DNA of 64,000 bases from Balanoglossus misakiensis (GCA_040954595.2 CM082592.2:6931677-6995676), one strand, 5' to 3'. Shown: positions 39,401 to 53,043, counted from the stretch's first letter. Numbers and translations are program-made. Notes: generated by a model not told the origin, from the sequence alone.

Positions 39401-39744
39401 ATTGCTTTTCAACCAAGCTGGGTGTGTAGACTGAATGTTTAATGTCGCTCAAAGGGACTGGTTCAGGCCAGCTATAATGAATAAAATCGGTAATACAATT
39501 TGAATTTCTCTATGCGCAAAGAAAAACATATAGCACAAGCCATTCAGAGGGGAGCCTTCTCAATTCTACGGTATAACCTAGTGACAACTAAGTGCCCCCT
39601 CCCACGCTTTTTTAAAAAGAATTCTCTACAAAACTTGACCTTTGAACTTTAGGTAAATCTCATTACCTGTATCATGTAGAGCTGAGCTATCCGATACTCA
39701 TCCACGCTCATCGGCAGAGCAATTCTATATTCTTTGATCAGCAT
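27114..39744 (-). CDS. PITPNM: Membrane-associated phosphatidylinositol transfer protein (PITPNM/Nir/rdgB), complete spliced CDS, 20 exons, 1250 aa
   Basis: Exons: 39744-39667, 36943-36811, 36436-36233, 35334-35089, 34682-34374, 34246-34157, 34018-33920, 33780-33462, 33042-32832, 32551-32074, 31888-31718, 31558-31433, 31268-31120, 29577-29458, 29263-29147, 28730-28582, 28366-28217, 28047-27864, 27751-27623, 27404-27114 (sum 3753 nt, all GT-AG, phases consistent). Domains: PITP (MLIKEYRI..., [20 protein letters not shown]), FFAT (EFYDAQE), DDHD ([24 protein letters not shown]), LNS2 ([19 protein letters not shown]). Confidence 0.96.
27623..27751 (-). CDS. PITPNM: PITPNM exon 19 (LNS2 domain)
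   Basis: [29 protein letters not shown]. Confidence 0.95.
27864..28047 (-). CDS. PITPNM: PITPNM exon 18 (LNS2 domain)
   Basis: [35 protein letters not shown]. Confidence 0.95.
28217..28366 (-). CDS. PITPNM: PITPNM exon 17 (LNS2 domain)
   Basis: GDHTSAD...[33 protein letters not shown]. Confidence 0.95.
28582..28730 (-). CDS. PITPNM: PITPNM exon 16
   Basis: [19 protein letters not shown]...[10 protein letters not shown]. Confidence 0.93.
29147..29263 (-). CDS. PITPNM: PITPNM exon 15
   Basis: [13 protein letters not shown]...[17 protein letters not shown]. Confidence 0.93.
29458..29577 (-). CDS. PITPNM: PITPNM exon 14
   Basis: [20 protein letters not shown]. Confidence 0.92.
31120..31268 (-). 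CDS. PITPNM: PITPNM exon 13 (DDHD domain)
   Basis: [47 protein letters not shown]. Confidence 0.95.
31433..31558 (-). CDS. PITPNM: PITPNM exon 12
   Basis: [14 protein letters not shown]...SSQLSN; phase 1-1 with good splice sites. Confidence 0.88.
31718..31888 (-). CDS. PITPNM: PITPNM exon 11 (DDHD domain)
   Basis: [22 protein letters not shown]...[12 protein letters not shown]. Confidence 0.94.
32074..32551 (-). CDS. PITPNM: PITPNM exon 10
   Basis: [18 protein letters not shown]...[20 protein letters not shown]. Confidence 0.94.
32832..33042 (-). CDS. PITPNM: PITPNM exon 9
   Basis: ISPYSYD...[16 protein letters not shown]...[13 protein letters not shown]. Confidence 0.92.
33462..33780 (-). 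CDS. PITPNM: PITPNM exon 8
   Basis: [12 protein letters not shown]...[21 protein letters not shown]. Confidence 0.92.
33920..34018 (-). CDS. PITPNM: PITPNM exon 7
   Basis: [20 protein letters not shown]...; supplies the final E of the FFAT motif; phase 1-1. Confidence 0.85.
34157..34246 (-). CDS. PITPNM: PITPNM exon 6 (FFAT motif)
   Basis: [24 protein letters not shown]; not in the ORF track, read manually. Confidence 0.9.
34374..34682 (-). CDS. PITPNM: PITPNM exon 5 (end of PITP domain)
   Basis: [31 protein letters not shown]. Confidence 0.95.
35089..35334 (-). CDS. PITPNM: PITPNM exon 4 (PITP domain)
   Basis: [17 protein letters not shown]...[26 protein letters not shown]. Confidence 0.95.
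36233..36436 (-). CDS. PITPNM: PITPNM exon 3 (PITP domain)
   Basis: [32 protein letters not shown]. Confidence 0.95.
   Translation of the reverse strand, partial: VGSVPFFPSPPSEWKKKPGMHIRTRRHDTPVRSWKNFLWKLKPNIFPIREQQKIHSNCRQRNLEIES
36811..36943 (-). CDS. PITPNM: PITPNM exon 2 (PITP domain)
   Basis: [22 protein letters not shown]...YHIGNHLP. Confidence 0.95.
39667..39744 (-). CDS. PITPNM: PITPNM coding exon 1
   Basis: [26 protein letters not shown]|GTAATG. An acceptor at 39799/39798 implies upstream non-coding exon(s). Confidence 0.95.
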
Positions 39745-42700
39745 TTTTGCTGCCTGGGCCCTGCAACTCACATCAATACACCAGTCAGTTCTCGGGGTCT
39801 GAAACGGAACAAAAAAATACACAAACCAGGTTATTTATGTAATAAATATTCTTACAAATAGCCACCCACATTTAAAAATACATCAAAATGAAGAATTTCA
39901 CCCAAAAGAACTGCTCTTTGATTGGAAGAAAAGGTAAAATGAGGAAACTGTTTAATGGAAATTGGAAACATTTCATTCAGTCTTATTGTATCTATAGGGT
40001 GGGGTAAAAGAAAATGAACATGGAATACATCCTTCATCAATTTCACTCAATTATGTAAATTCATGTATGCTTTTTATACACAGTTATATATAAAGATGGT
40101 TATAAAATTTGAGTACTACATATGGTATATGTAAACAGAAATACAAGTCTTGCCGACTGTGTGTAATATTTCACCGAGCAACGGGTAACAAGCTAGTGTT
40201 CTAACAGCATTAGTGAAAACAGACGGTGTGTACACACAATTCAAACACACAGGTCAGCAATATTGAATCAGTCTTCTGTTGCACAGCCGCGAGCAAAACA
40301 AATGAAGTGATCACTTTCACATCGATTCAGTTCACAGTTGCACTCGGGGAAAAAATAGTGAAGACTCATGATTTTTAATGATTTTCTGCGCATGCTGGTA
40401 AGTCGAGCCAATTGTTGTTTTATTATTCAAAAGAAGCCCAAACCAGAGCACAGAAGAAACACAAAATGTTCATTGAAATAATCTTCACACAACTGCACAC
40501 TGATACAGTTCCATTTTTTTTTCTATTCAAAAGGCGTGGGTGGACCTACATTCGAGAAAATACAGGTGAATCAGAAAGAGCAAAGGTGAGATGCATGAAC
40601 GCAATATTGAAAATTTCTGAGAAAACAGCTGATTTACTGTGATAAATTGCGTCTAGTCACACAACTGGCACTAATGTTTACAGTACACTGCTGTGTAGGT
40701 CAGTGTTAGTGCCGTTTGTGGATGTAGTCGGTGAACGCTGATATTCGAATACATCACTTCTTATTATGAGAAATGCCAAAAATGATTAAAACCCCTGTAA
40801 CGGCAAAGTTATACGCATTTACGCTAAACGCTTGTATTATCTCACTTACGGAATGACGGTTCTCTGTTTCCCATTTAGAGTCAGCTGGCTTTTCTGATCA
40901 TGGATGTATATGTTCTGATCAAGCGGAAGCTCTTTAGAAACTAAACGCAAACGATGGTGACCTGCGATGTGACCTTTGACCCCTGACAAAGCGAGTTTCA
41001 CTGAATAATTTTTTTTCTTCACAAAACAGCCCACTCCTGATGACGGTAATTTACAATTGTGAATCATGGACATTTATGGATACCCTGGCTGTACAAGCAA
41101 CAAAATGGTAGCAACCCAAAAATCTGAATAGGCCACAGGAGTCAGAATTATGACGGAAGAAGTCAAAGGTTAATGAGGAAACCAAGTACTAGTATAGTAG
41201 ATACTACTGTGGTTAGGGGTCAAAGGTCAAAAGGGAAATCTAAATATGGCAAGATTACTAGATGCATTGAAACCAAGTAGTAATGTGGAAAAACACCAGA
41301 GATTGTTTCTTGAATTCTATGTACAGTATAATTGCTCTTTACTGAACTGTTGCAATACAATTTTTCATTTTTATTCTTTGGAGAACGAATTTTGATTCTT
41401 GAATTTGTGCAATATATACGAGATTGTTCCTTAATATTGTGCGAAACTGAAAACGGCAATTTTCACGATGAATGTCAGCCTCTAAATGACATCTTGGTTT
41501 CAAACTCGGGGGACCTCACCCCTATTTCAGCGTTAATGGCCTTGTGGAATGAAACAAACATCCCATAACAAACTCTGTAATTGAGCGCGAGAGTGAAGTT
41601 GATTTTTGAAGTGCGGACGCGCAACACGCACTGAGAGTGAACAGTTTTTATATGAGGCCGCCGCACGCACGCGATTTGTAAGAATTTGAGAGAACTTGCA
41701 GACTGTATAACATTTCTGATTGATAAACTGTGGCACTTGAGCTGCACGTATACTTGCATACAAAGAAGAATAAAAATTTAGAATAATTTATTATACGTTC
41801 AATTTTACCAATCGTACATCCTTAACATAAAACAGCTGCTCCGTAGCACATTATCACACCCCAAATCACAGACACTGCCACAGAACGCGGCAATCTTGAC
41901 GCACCATCATAATAATCCTCCATCTCTTTTCTGCTCTGACACAAAGAAGTCAGACAGCCACACAATCGACATTGACTGATTAATACCATCAATTTTAATT
42001 CCTAAATACATCGCCCGGCACAATGCAATCTCCCTCTCTTTTCTGTTTTCCCCTTCGATCAATTCCCATCATCCTTTGTTGTCGCAGACTAATAATGCCA
42101 GTTTTAACAGTGTCCGTTCACATAAGCCTCTTTTATCTTTACTGCATGACAGGAACGAAAAAGCAAAAAACTAATAATCGACTCATAACATTCATTTCTT
42201 CGTCCTCAAAGACAGAAAAATTTCCTGATCATAGAACGCTGTGTTCTCAATTGCGCATGCCATTTCGTTTCCCAGACACAGATTTCATTTTATTGCCGAA
42301 GAATGAGGCGCGTGTCTTGACAGATATGTCGCTGTGGCCACATTTCAGAAATGCCGGTGAAAAAAAAACGTTATCTAGTATCTTTGTTGTTGTTTTTTTC
42401 TGGAGGGGAGGATTATCCTCACATTATCTCTTTGCCACTCAGATGTGACAGGGTCAGCAGTTGCCATGGCGATGCTTTTGTCGTATAAGTAGGCTAACTG
42501 ATTTGAAGCGCAGATGCATCTCAGTGCATGTACCCAAACAAGCTGTTAAACCTCAAATGGCCTTATATCTGACACAAAGTAATTTTCAATAAAAATTGAA
42601 AGCTTTTATATTTTAATCATTCTGTGTTGAATCCATTGTTGCTCTGTGGTATTTGTTACTAGTATTTTTTCCCCTTTGTAACACTGAAATTATCAATGTG

Positions 42701-45492
42701 TGTCATCTGTTCTGGGTTGTGGCTTCTTTTTCCATCAAATCTCATTTCCACAATAGACTTAAATTTCCCCCATTCAGAGACTACACACAAGAATTACGTT
42801 TTGCAACATACATGACTGAGATATCTAACACTGTACATTGTCAAAGCAGACAATATATTAAAGGGACAAAGCAGACAATGTTAAAGGGACAATATACTGG
42901 TACCCACCAGTTACTGAGTTAGGGTTAAGGTGAATGTCCAGGGGGTCACTCTCCTAGAACTACGGGCCATGTCGAAAGCCAAGTACGAGGTTCATAACAT
43001 TTAGAATCATTAAAACGTGAAGCTATGAGTACTAGGTAATAAATTCCTGATAGAAAAATCACGGTTGACCTTACAGCAGTCCTGCAAGGTCGTTTACGAT
43101 GAGTAAATTTCTCTTTCAGCGCATTCTCCAAACAGGTGCGGGCCAGGTGCACAAATGCCACAACCTTTAAACTTTGATTTGATGACCGAATATATCAGCT
43201 TGAAGGGAAACTCAACAGAGAGAAGAACGACTACCACCCATGCGTAGAATTTACCAAAGACAAATATGTAAATACTCTGACCAGATCACAACATTCTAAG
43301 TCATAAAATATGCGTGATATTTTTTTGTCTTGCGGCAAAGGGAAAGTACCTACGTCTTCTAAATCCACTCTGCATCGTGTGATGAGGGATTTACGAGGCT
43401 GTATCGGCTTAATTAGCAAGTAACTCAACTCGCAGGATTTAAAAGAATGAGTGAAGATGCCAGGTGTCGCATTCTTGCAGTGATGGTAAATTAAATGCCC
43501 TGCATGTTCTATAGTACACCCACTGTTGTACGGTACAGCCACTGACATTCCATACCATTCATTCAGAACTCCTCAATGTTGGTATATTTTTAAACACTTT
43601 TTATAATAATGATATTGATAACATGATGGATTTTTTCAACAGGTTAATATTTTTTATATCTTGACAAATTTATAAATTTAATATTTCTAATTTTTAACAT
43701 CTAATTTTACTACAAGATCAGATAATAATAATAAAATTAATAATCTGATTTTTTTTACCCTCCTACGACATTTCATACAACAAAAATTTCTTTCTATTTG
43801 AGTGCTGCCTACCAGTGACATGTACAGCTGCCGTAATGGACCTTTGCTTGTTCGTGAGAGCAAATTTCTTGGTACATTAATTTCCACTTCCCTTTCCCAA
43901 TATTCTTCCGCTGTGATGACGCCCACGAGATTCAACCACCACACTCACGGAAAATTTGATTTCAGGCTGAATGGCGCAACTCGGAAAATGATTTTCAATG
44001 ACGCCGATTGGGGGTGACGTCAAACGTGTGTCCTTCATGAAGGGTTTACGCACGCCATGTAACGTGGTTGCTGCTAACGCCCCAATTGACATGCCGTCGT
44101 CGCAAAACCGCAACTCGCAGTACACGGCAGAAAAATCATTATTCAATATTCGACGTTGTTCACGGTGCGTAGCTTGTGCTCGAGGATTCGATAACCAGTC
44201 ATCCACGACAGTATTCTTGCCACGCTTTGGAACTCGGTTTCCCGCATCTAGATTTCTGTCTCAAAAGCCGATTTTTGTCGTGCAACCATTCAAAACTGTG
44301 GCAATTCTTAAAAGATGGGTTTGAGATGATTTAGTCTTTCTTGAGAGGTTGACTCGTTAAGGTGGTGTAGACATGCAGTTTTCTACTGAAAACCCTCCTG
44401 GAATCTGGTGTTCATCTTTATTATTTATTAATAATCTCTAAAATCTAACGACAAAGTGTGATTGGACACAGCCGATCATGTGACACCCATTTTCTTGCAT
44501 ATAAAATTATTCTTGTCATTTTCAATAACATGTACTGAGATCAAGTCACAGTCAACCAACGCATAAGTAATAGTTTCTGACATGCTGTTTTCCCCTTTTT
44601 TCATTTTTATTTTCTCTGGAGAAACTTCGCAAGGGGTGAACACTTAACCTGTTACGACAGGGATCTCTTCTACCAGTAGACAGTGGAGATTTTTATGGAT
44701 CAAATGAATGGCGACAGTGATGTATTGAAATCCGCCCACACATACTTCGCAAACGACAAACTGCTTCTTTGTGAATGCAGCGCCTGTACCCCAGCAGGTT
44801 TTTCCGAGAATACTGTTGGAATTTTGTCGGCAGTCAGATTTGAGCTTGAAACTGACGTTCGATTTGCGCAGCGTTCTCAACCAAACAGGTCACGGTCAGA
44901 ATTTTTGATGGATTGGTCCAGTGTATACGCACACATTGCTGTCGATACAAGCAATTACGTACAATCACATCGAACAGTGTTGCAATACATAAGCATGGTG
45001 GCACGCAATGTTGAGCCATTGTACTGAGACAAATTCGACATACTTCTCTTCAGATAGTTACAAAAAGAAAATCACTTATTATTTTCAACTCCAGAACACC
45101 TGGCTTGAACCCCAGAGGTGAATTCGACAAGTAAAAACGAAAATAATAGTGGCCTCATTTCAATAAAACTGCATAGACTTTTACTATCATTCCTCCCCTG
45201 AGGGTACGACTCTCAATATGTCAATACCTTATACATGTTATATATCATATGGTGCATTCTGACCCAACAATCGCGGCAGTAATTCTATAGTTCGATCGTT
45301 CTACAAGCATTCACGATGTTGATTTTTATACTGTTCACATTATGGAGTTTATTGCTATTGTTTACCGCAGTTCACATCTAGGCAAACATACTTCTATTTC
45401 AAGGGAGATGTTATTTTCTGTGCCTTAAACTACTGAATAGCCACCATCTTGGGGCTAGTTCCTGCACGGTCATGAACACTTTTACTGTAAAC

Positions 45493-45674
45493 TTAAAGGT
45501 ATACGGTCACCTCCAATTTACATATCGCCATATATAGTTGAAATGGCGTATTTGAGCGTTCTAAAGAACGCTTTATTTTCGCGTGTGCCACCCACTGAAA
45601 ATCTGTGATTGGTCAAATCTCGATTTACCATGGTAACTGTGGCTAAATTTGTATAGGTGACCGTATACCTTTAA
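45493..45674. mobile_element. Non-autonomous DNA transposon (MITE), Kolobok/T2 type, 174 bp plus TTAA target-site duplications
   Basis: TTAA-AGGTATACGGTCACCT (45493-45512) ... AGGTGACCGTATACCT-TTAA (45655-45674): perfect 16-bp TIRs, AGG...CCT ends, TTAA on both sides. Confidence 0.88.
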
Positions 45675-48600
45675 GGGAGCCAGAAGACGAACGTCTTAAG
45701 GACACTTATCTGGGGCGAAATTGATTCCGTCCAACCATGAAACAAAAATCCACTGCTTTTACGGGAAATTGAAGCAGGTGACGACAGACAAATAAATTTT
45801 ACGACATGATTGGTGAGGTCAGGTAAAGGTTACAGTCTTACATCACTTGGAGCTGCGATAAATTATAAAATACGGTGGGCCTTGCGAGTGGCAAGCTTTG
45901 ATGCCAGCACCAATGGCAACAAAAAAAGGTGGACTCGCAATTGAGAACGACTGTAACAGTCCACGCTGCGTGGCAGCGAACAGTCACTTTTATGGATACA
46001 AATTACTGCCGGGCAGTAATATGGCGTAATTGCCCGGTAAGAATCCAATTTGCCAGACAGAAAAAAACGGCAATTGCTGAATATCTTCCTGATGCTAAAT
46101 TGGAAAATGCGGGTTTTTTTTTTACATTTCTGTGATTCTCAAAAACTGTACGAAAGATACCAACTAAAACTGCAGTTCCAAAACTGATATAATTTCCACA
46201 TCCCCCACTCTGTCCAGGATATGTTCTTGGGGTTCAAAATACCAGTCAATCAATACCTTTCGGTTTTTGAAGCATACCTGAATTGTTACAGCTTTAAGAT
46301 TGTTTTCCCCATTTTAACAAGGTAACACATTAAAACCCGCTCAGCTGTAATTATACCAGCATGTTTCCACATAACGCCAATGTTAATCAAGAATAAATTT
46401 TATGGATAATACCTACGGAATTGTGAAAATAATGAGGAGGCAATTAAATTATTTCCGCTCCAAGGACCACAGAAAAATGTGTTCTCACACTACACAGGAA
46501 AACCCAGCATATTCTCTTCATCGTACGGTAATTAGGAGATTTCATTTCAAACCATGCCTCAGAAGTACCGCATTGAGTTCATGTCAGGTTGAAGTAATCG
46601 TGGCAAAATCGAAGGCCATCGCGAATGTGCGTGGAGAGAAAAAAAGCAACAGCGAATCAAGGGTTCATACCGGCACAAACTGCAAGGTTAGCCGAGTGTT
46701 TTTCCCTCCCGAGTTCAGTGAACTTTCTTCCTTTTCCCTGCGTGTGTTTTCCGGCGAGCTCATCTCATGACTAATGCATGACTGCTGCGTTCGACGAACA
46801 AGTGACAGATTACGCAAAGCAAAAAAACTGTCGTGCAAAATGACAAAACAACAACAAAAATTTTGAGAGAAAGTTGACATTATTTTACCTGTTGTTGTGT
46901 TTACAGTAACTGTGGTAAAATGGCCGTCCATATATTTTGGGACGTCTCCAGATGGTTCTTGTGACCTGCTTATTTTTCAGTGATTTGTTTCTGTAGGCAG
47001 GCTGAATATAGCCACAGCAATATAAACAGATGTGGCTTCCACACTATATCACCTTCATCCATGCAGTGGGAAAACCTGCAGAACAAAAAAGACAACAAGA
47101 TTGGCCAGTTAGTATATGCGCTTGCAAGTATACAAGACACAGCCTTGTCGAATTTCCAATTATGTTAACCATTGGCAACCCTCACCCTACCATTATTCAA
47201 AGCACATTGCCACCCCCCAAAATGTGGTATGATCCTGGTAGAATTGGTTGACTGGAATAGCCAAGTGGATGAAACTACACGCCTTTGGGGTCAAATTCTG
47301 CAGCAGATGTGGATCAGATGTTTCCTGGGGGGGTCTGGACAGGATCACACATTACACGTTGTCTGATTTCTGTTCAACTGTCAGACTAAAAATGATGATG
47401 TTCCAGATACTGTTATTCAAAGCCTAATTGTTATATATGATTTGACTCGAGAAAAATAAGATATAGCCCTATAGTGAGCAGTTTGTCAGACAGCGTGACT
47501 TCAACAACAACAAAATTGCATTTCCAAGGCAGATTTTCTGTCAGGGTGCCGTGAGGTGAAATATTGTTGTTATTTTTAGACTTGATACGCCGCCATCATT
47601 CTATCATAGTAGGCGAAATGATAGAAAGCCATACAATACGCTACGAGCAAAATGAAATGGACTGTTTTCAATTTAAGCTGTTGCCGTTGTGGGTTCAACA
47701 TGATTGATAGCTGTTGATGTGTACGTGTGCGTTTCCATTACCGATGCAACGTCTAGGGCCTCGCTGACTCAAAGTCAAACAGACACTCGTCATAAAAAGC
47801 AGCTTTGTAAAAAACTCAATAGATGCCGTACCCTGCAGGATTACAGTTGCACATTTAATATTAGAAATGGATTAAATCAGTCGGTATATTCCCGAGTCCC
47901 AAAGCGACGTCGCGCATATGTGGATTGAAAATTGATTATCAGATCCTGGCTCTGGCATGAGACACCATCAGGTGTGCAGTAAACGATAGTATTCAATTCC
48001 CGGGGAAACTTTGGGCTATTTGGGAATTGTTACTTAAAACTGAAAGACGTCTCCGGCTGAAAATTGAATGATACAGAAGCATTGATTACATTCCAAAAAA
48101 TCAGAGACACGAGAAGGGCCGTGGCATGATAAATCATAACTTCAGAGGATAATACCTCATTCTTAGTGCACCTTGTGTACACCTGTTTCAAGATTGCTTT
48201 CGCATAAAAAAATCAACCAATCAGAGATAAGTTTTCAAAGGTCCCCTTTTCAGCGCGCCGCACTTTAATAGAAACCGCAGGGAGGGAATAATCAAACGCT
48301 GTGATTATTATTATTATCACTACAACGGTATTTGAACCGGTGTTATATTCAGTAACAGATTGAAAAGAATTTGACATTGCATAACTGACTGCGTGTCCCG
48401 TTATGCATCGCATAGCTGGCACATGCCAAGCGATTATCGGGTCGGCTAATCTCGCCCTAGTCGACATAACAGGCTTCGCGGGACTGGAGAAAAAATTATC
48501 GTATAATACCCTCTCTTTACAGTTCCTGTCTCACTTGTAGTCTGTGAGGATGCAGAATCTCGCGGGAGACTTCATAGCAACCGAGAGGCAGGAGGAAGTT

Positions 48601-51600
48601 GGTTCCTCCATATGTATTATTGAGTCAAAGCAACCACCATTATTATCTTACATCATTTCATCATGTCTCCCTGAAACATGCCAAGATTATTGATAAAATT
48701 GGGCAATAATTGTCTATTCGCTGCACAGCACAAAGCTGCTAGTGCTTTGGCATGGTTAATTTATTGGAAGATTGGAAGTAATCCAAGCTGAGTTCATATA
48801 TTTTCATAAAGTAAATTATCCCAAGAGTTCCATATCTGCCAGTCCCCAGTAACAAGTGTAATATCAGAATTTGAATTACACTAAATCGCATATCCTCAAT
48901 AAAAGGTCCCACCTAAAACTAATCAGAATTGTGTGGCATGGTTTATACCCTCCCGTCTTGTTGAATGGTTGAATGCTGACAAAGTTTTACGCATCAATTT
49001 TATGTCCACGAAATTAAATTCAGGAATTGCATTCAGATGTTGATAAAAACAGACTTGTTCTTCCTTCAAATATCTGTGGTGCCAACTGCCAGATAAGATT
49101 TTGACTTGATAGACGCTTTCAAAAACCACGATTATTCTGAAACTTTTACCTGATTATCAAAAATTCAAAAATTGCCTTCAGCGGCAAGTTTCTGTATGAA
49201 GTCTGATCTCCCCGGAGACGGACAGATATAATTTATTATCTCAGAGTCTGGACAGAAATGAGGAATTATGCAGATAATTCTCCCCTCTTCCAAAACAGAA
49301 AGTGGATAAGAAAAAATTGATAAGCCGGTATGTTTACAGGGGATAGGAAACACACAGCTGATAAAACTTCATTGGGGAGAAATTGTCCGAAAACTCAATC
49401 GTGATGATGATAAATATTACCTAATGTTCAGCTGGAAGGATGTGAAGGAGAGACAGCGATATTTTTTGTTTCATAATTTTATTTGTATTTTTAAAATGTG
49501 TAGTTTACGTTGGAAATTGGTGAAGCTTTCATTTTTCTTTTCCTATTTCTCAGTCACCTGGTTTGATCCTGTTGCACATACATACATTAAATGTGTTTCA
49601 TTCTTCAGCCTATTACAACATCACTGACACAACATCTGAATGGTAAACACAGCACCATTTGTAATTTCAATTTCACACTCGTATTCGTTAAACACAAACC
49701 TATAACCACATCCATAAGTTTGAAATTTTAAACCCATCATTCTCCTTAATAAACGTCGCAGTAAAATTCCGACTGTTGCCAGGAGACCCATGGGAGCTGC
49801 ATCCTTGTGATGGCAATTAGTCTGCCTTCAGCTGCGTGTGTGTATATGAATATAAACACATCTTGAGAAGAAGTCTTAAGATGAGATTTGCATGAGACTG
49901 GACATCTTGGAAATCACTGATCAGATAATATATCCTCCCACAGTTGACTATCAACCACCCACTAAAATTAGGCCTTCCATACTACGGTATGCAATCTCTT
50001 TGAGAAAAAAGAAATGGGCTGTTCAAGTTTCAGCCAATTACAATTTCCTGTCTCCATGGTGACACATCACTTCCTTCAGAAATGTGCCTGTGCATGGCAA
50101 TTTTATAGCTGCACGGAATGTCACAAAAAGATGACGGATGTGTCCTCAATTTTTTTTTTCAAAATTAGGAGGCCGGTGTTACAATGGTACATGTATCAGT
50201 TCCCGGAAAATACAGGTGGTGCAAAGGCCAGAACCAAACTTATTCGCAGTTCTCCAGAATTCCTCAGATGCGTCAGACATCTAACACGTCATCGTCAATG
50301 ACACGGTGCCCACTGGACCAGCAACATTTGAAGAATCCTTCTTTCTCTCCACGTCAGGCACATTAACACCCTATCTAAGAAACAGTCACATACCCTGACA
50401 ACCACCACCCACTTAAGTTGACCTTGTAAAATTTATATGTAAATATTTAACCTGTAACCTTTCCTGGACATTGTAAATTTCACTTCAAGCACCCGCATGA
50501 GAACGTTTACTTAACTGCCGAGCAAAGAAATGAATTTTACTGAAATGCAAACTGACAACGACTGGTGAGAGCAGTGCACCATGGGTAGTTCACAGCAAAA
50601 TCTCAAAGTAGACCAACGCAACATGAAATGACTTTGATTTCAAATGATAACTTAATGCCCGCACCTTGGAACGTGTCACTTACAATTTTACCTAGTAGTG
50701 GTTGAGTCGGCGAAGACATTACAAGTGTCCACAGACGTTTAAAGTGGCAGATATGCTAATGACCTTCCATTGCGGTACGAACACATACTCAGGCAGAATG
50801 TGTCCGCGATTCAACATGCACCATCCTTTTACACCCAAAACTCAAACCTCCGCAGGTTAATTAAACAAAGACGATTTTTTCCTTCTTTCTGCAATTTCAG
50901 ATTACCACGCCGCCAGGGAATTTCCACAATTACCGAAGTAGAAAAGATCGCCGGGCGATACCGTTCACGTTCGATCGAATCTGACAACTACCGGTGCGTG
51001 CTGACCGACACTTCCTCAAATTACTCTTCTTTCATTTCCAGCGCAACCGAAAAAGAAAAAAAAACCCACATAAAACGACAGCTCCAATGCTAGCCTCCCC
51101 GCAATTAATTAAATCTGCCTCGACGCCAACAGAAGGTCAGAGTAGTTCATTTTATGATCGCGAACTCTCCGCACAACCTCCTGATTAATACCAACACCGA
51201 CAAATTCAAATTTCAAGGCCGCTGAAATTTACACAAGCGCACAATCACGCGAATTACACAGTCAATTGAAGGTTGCATACAAGTAGTCAACCTCATGTCA
51301 CAACACAGTAAGTTAATTCGCGCAGGCAGTGACTAAATTCCCCCGGACCGTGGATAGCTTGTTTAACGAACCTGACCACTTAGTGAATTTTGCACAGCTT
51401 CAACACAGGTTTAAAAAAAAATTCACAATGACACTAGAATTATCTATGTGGTATTTTGACTCTGATAAAAATATGTTCAAACATAAAATGCATATACCAA
51501 CAAAACAAATGGATTCCTCACAATATAAATGGTTGCAACTGGTGCTTCAATTTAGCTGGACATGAAGTCGGGCAAATCTGAGTATAATTTTTATTTCTGA

Positions 51601-53043
51601 AAATGATGAATAGGGTATAATCAGAATACAATTTGCGTCCAGCAGGGAATATGATAACAGGCAATTACCACATAGTAAAATTACTACTGCATGATAGCAC
51701 GCAAACACTGACATAGTGGCAACAATGCAACTGCGCAGGACTTCACAAACAAGAGACAACGCACTTCAATGTCACATCACCCAAGCAGTAATATCACTCA
51801 TTGTACAAACACATAGTCAACGTACACGCCATCAGTATACATGTGCATGTAACATGTTGAATTCCAAATTTTACTGCATTTCACTGTATATCTTTTGACA
51901 GGAATTCAACATTCCTACTTATGAGTATAGTACCTGCACGCATTATATGGTGTCACTTGATAGTAAGCTTTGGTACAAAATCAGAAAACAAGCAAAATTT
52001 TCCTGTATTGCCATATTGTATGGGAAGATTCTTTTTCTGACTGATTTACATACTAAAAATATATCTGTCTAGATTTATACAGTACGTGACAGCCAGTTGA
52101 AAGTTGCTGGTACAATTTATACACACAGACATCAGAGATGCACCACATCGAGTGTGCGTGGATGTCTGGGGGGTGTGTGCATTCAGATGCTATTTATTTT
52201 CCTGGTTTACGTTTACTGGTACATAAACAATAGTTTCAAGATCAAAACAAAAGGTTAGCTGAAAATAAACTCGCTCACCCAAAATAGCACAAAATTTGAC
52301 CTAAAAAGCCTTGAATCATCCTGTGGCTTGAAGTAGTTGAACCCTTAGCATTAAGGGAAAAGTGATATTCCAGTTGGTGAGAATTTTGCCAAAAAATGAG
52401 CTTTCACCTGTTTGTTTTATCAATCCGTGAACATATCAGGTTTTAAGGTGTAATATTGCCAATGAGCAAACCAGCGACCATGGTCACCTACATTATTAAC
52501 ACTGCCAAATATTGGCTTTCAATATTGATTTTTGTGCAAATTCATTTAGCGGATTTTTATCCACGCTGGAGTAGAAAATCAATACTTGATTATAAGCCGA
52601 CGCGACGTTGTCAGTTGACTCATCAGCCAGAATAAACTCTAAAATCATCTTTCGAAATCATCCTTTCCCCAAACTGCATTTCAATAGAAATACAGAAAGG
52701 AGTATTAAAGTCAGATTAAAGTTCTTAGCGGAGCAGTTCACAACTTAATCTAGTTACACCGTGGCCATCAAACGAAAAAAAGACCTTTAATGACAAGCGT
52801 CACATGCATTATAGGATTAAACTAAATGCAGGAGCCACCCCTAGTGATGAAGTATATCTGAGGAGGAATTCTACTGACAGAGGTCGGCTGAGCTGACAGC
52901 CAGCTTTCATTTTGTAAACAGACTACTTTCTGTGAAATAAACTAAATCTCTGCACTTCTTAGTGGAACTAGCCCTCATGAGAGACGTCCCCAGCACGCAT
53001 CTGTTGCAAATATAGTTCCGGGCATCTGATTTTAAGAAACTCT

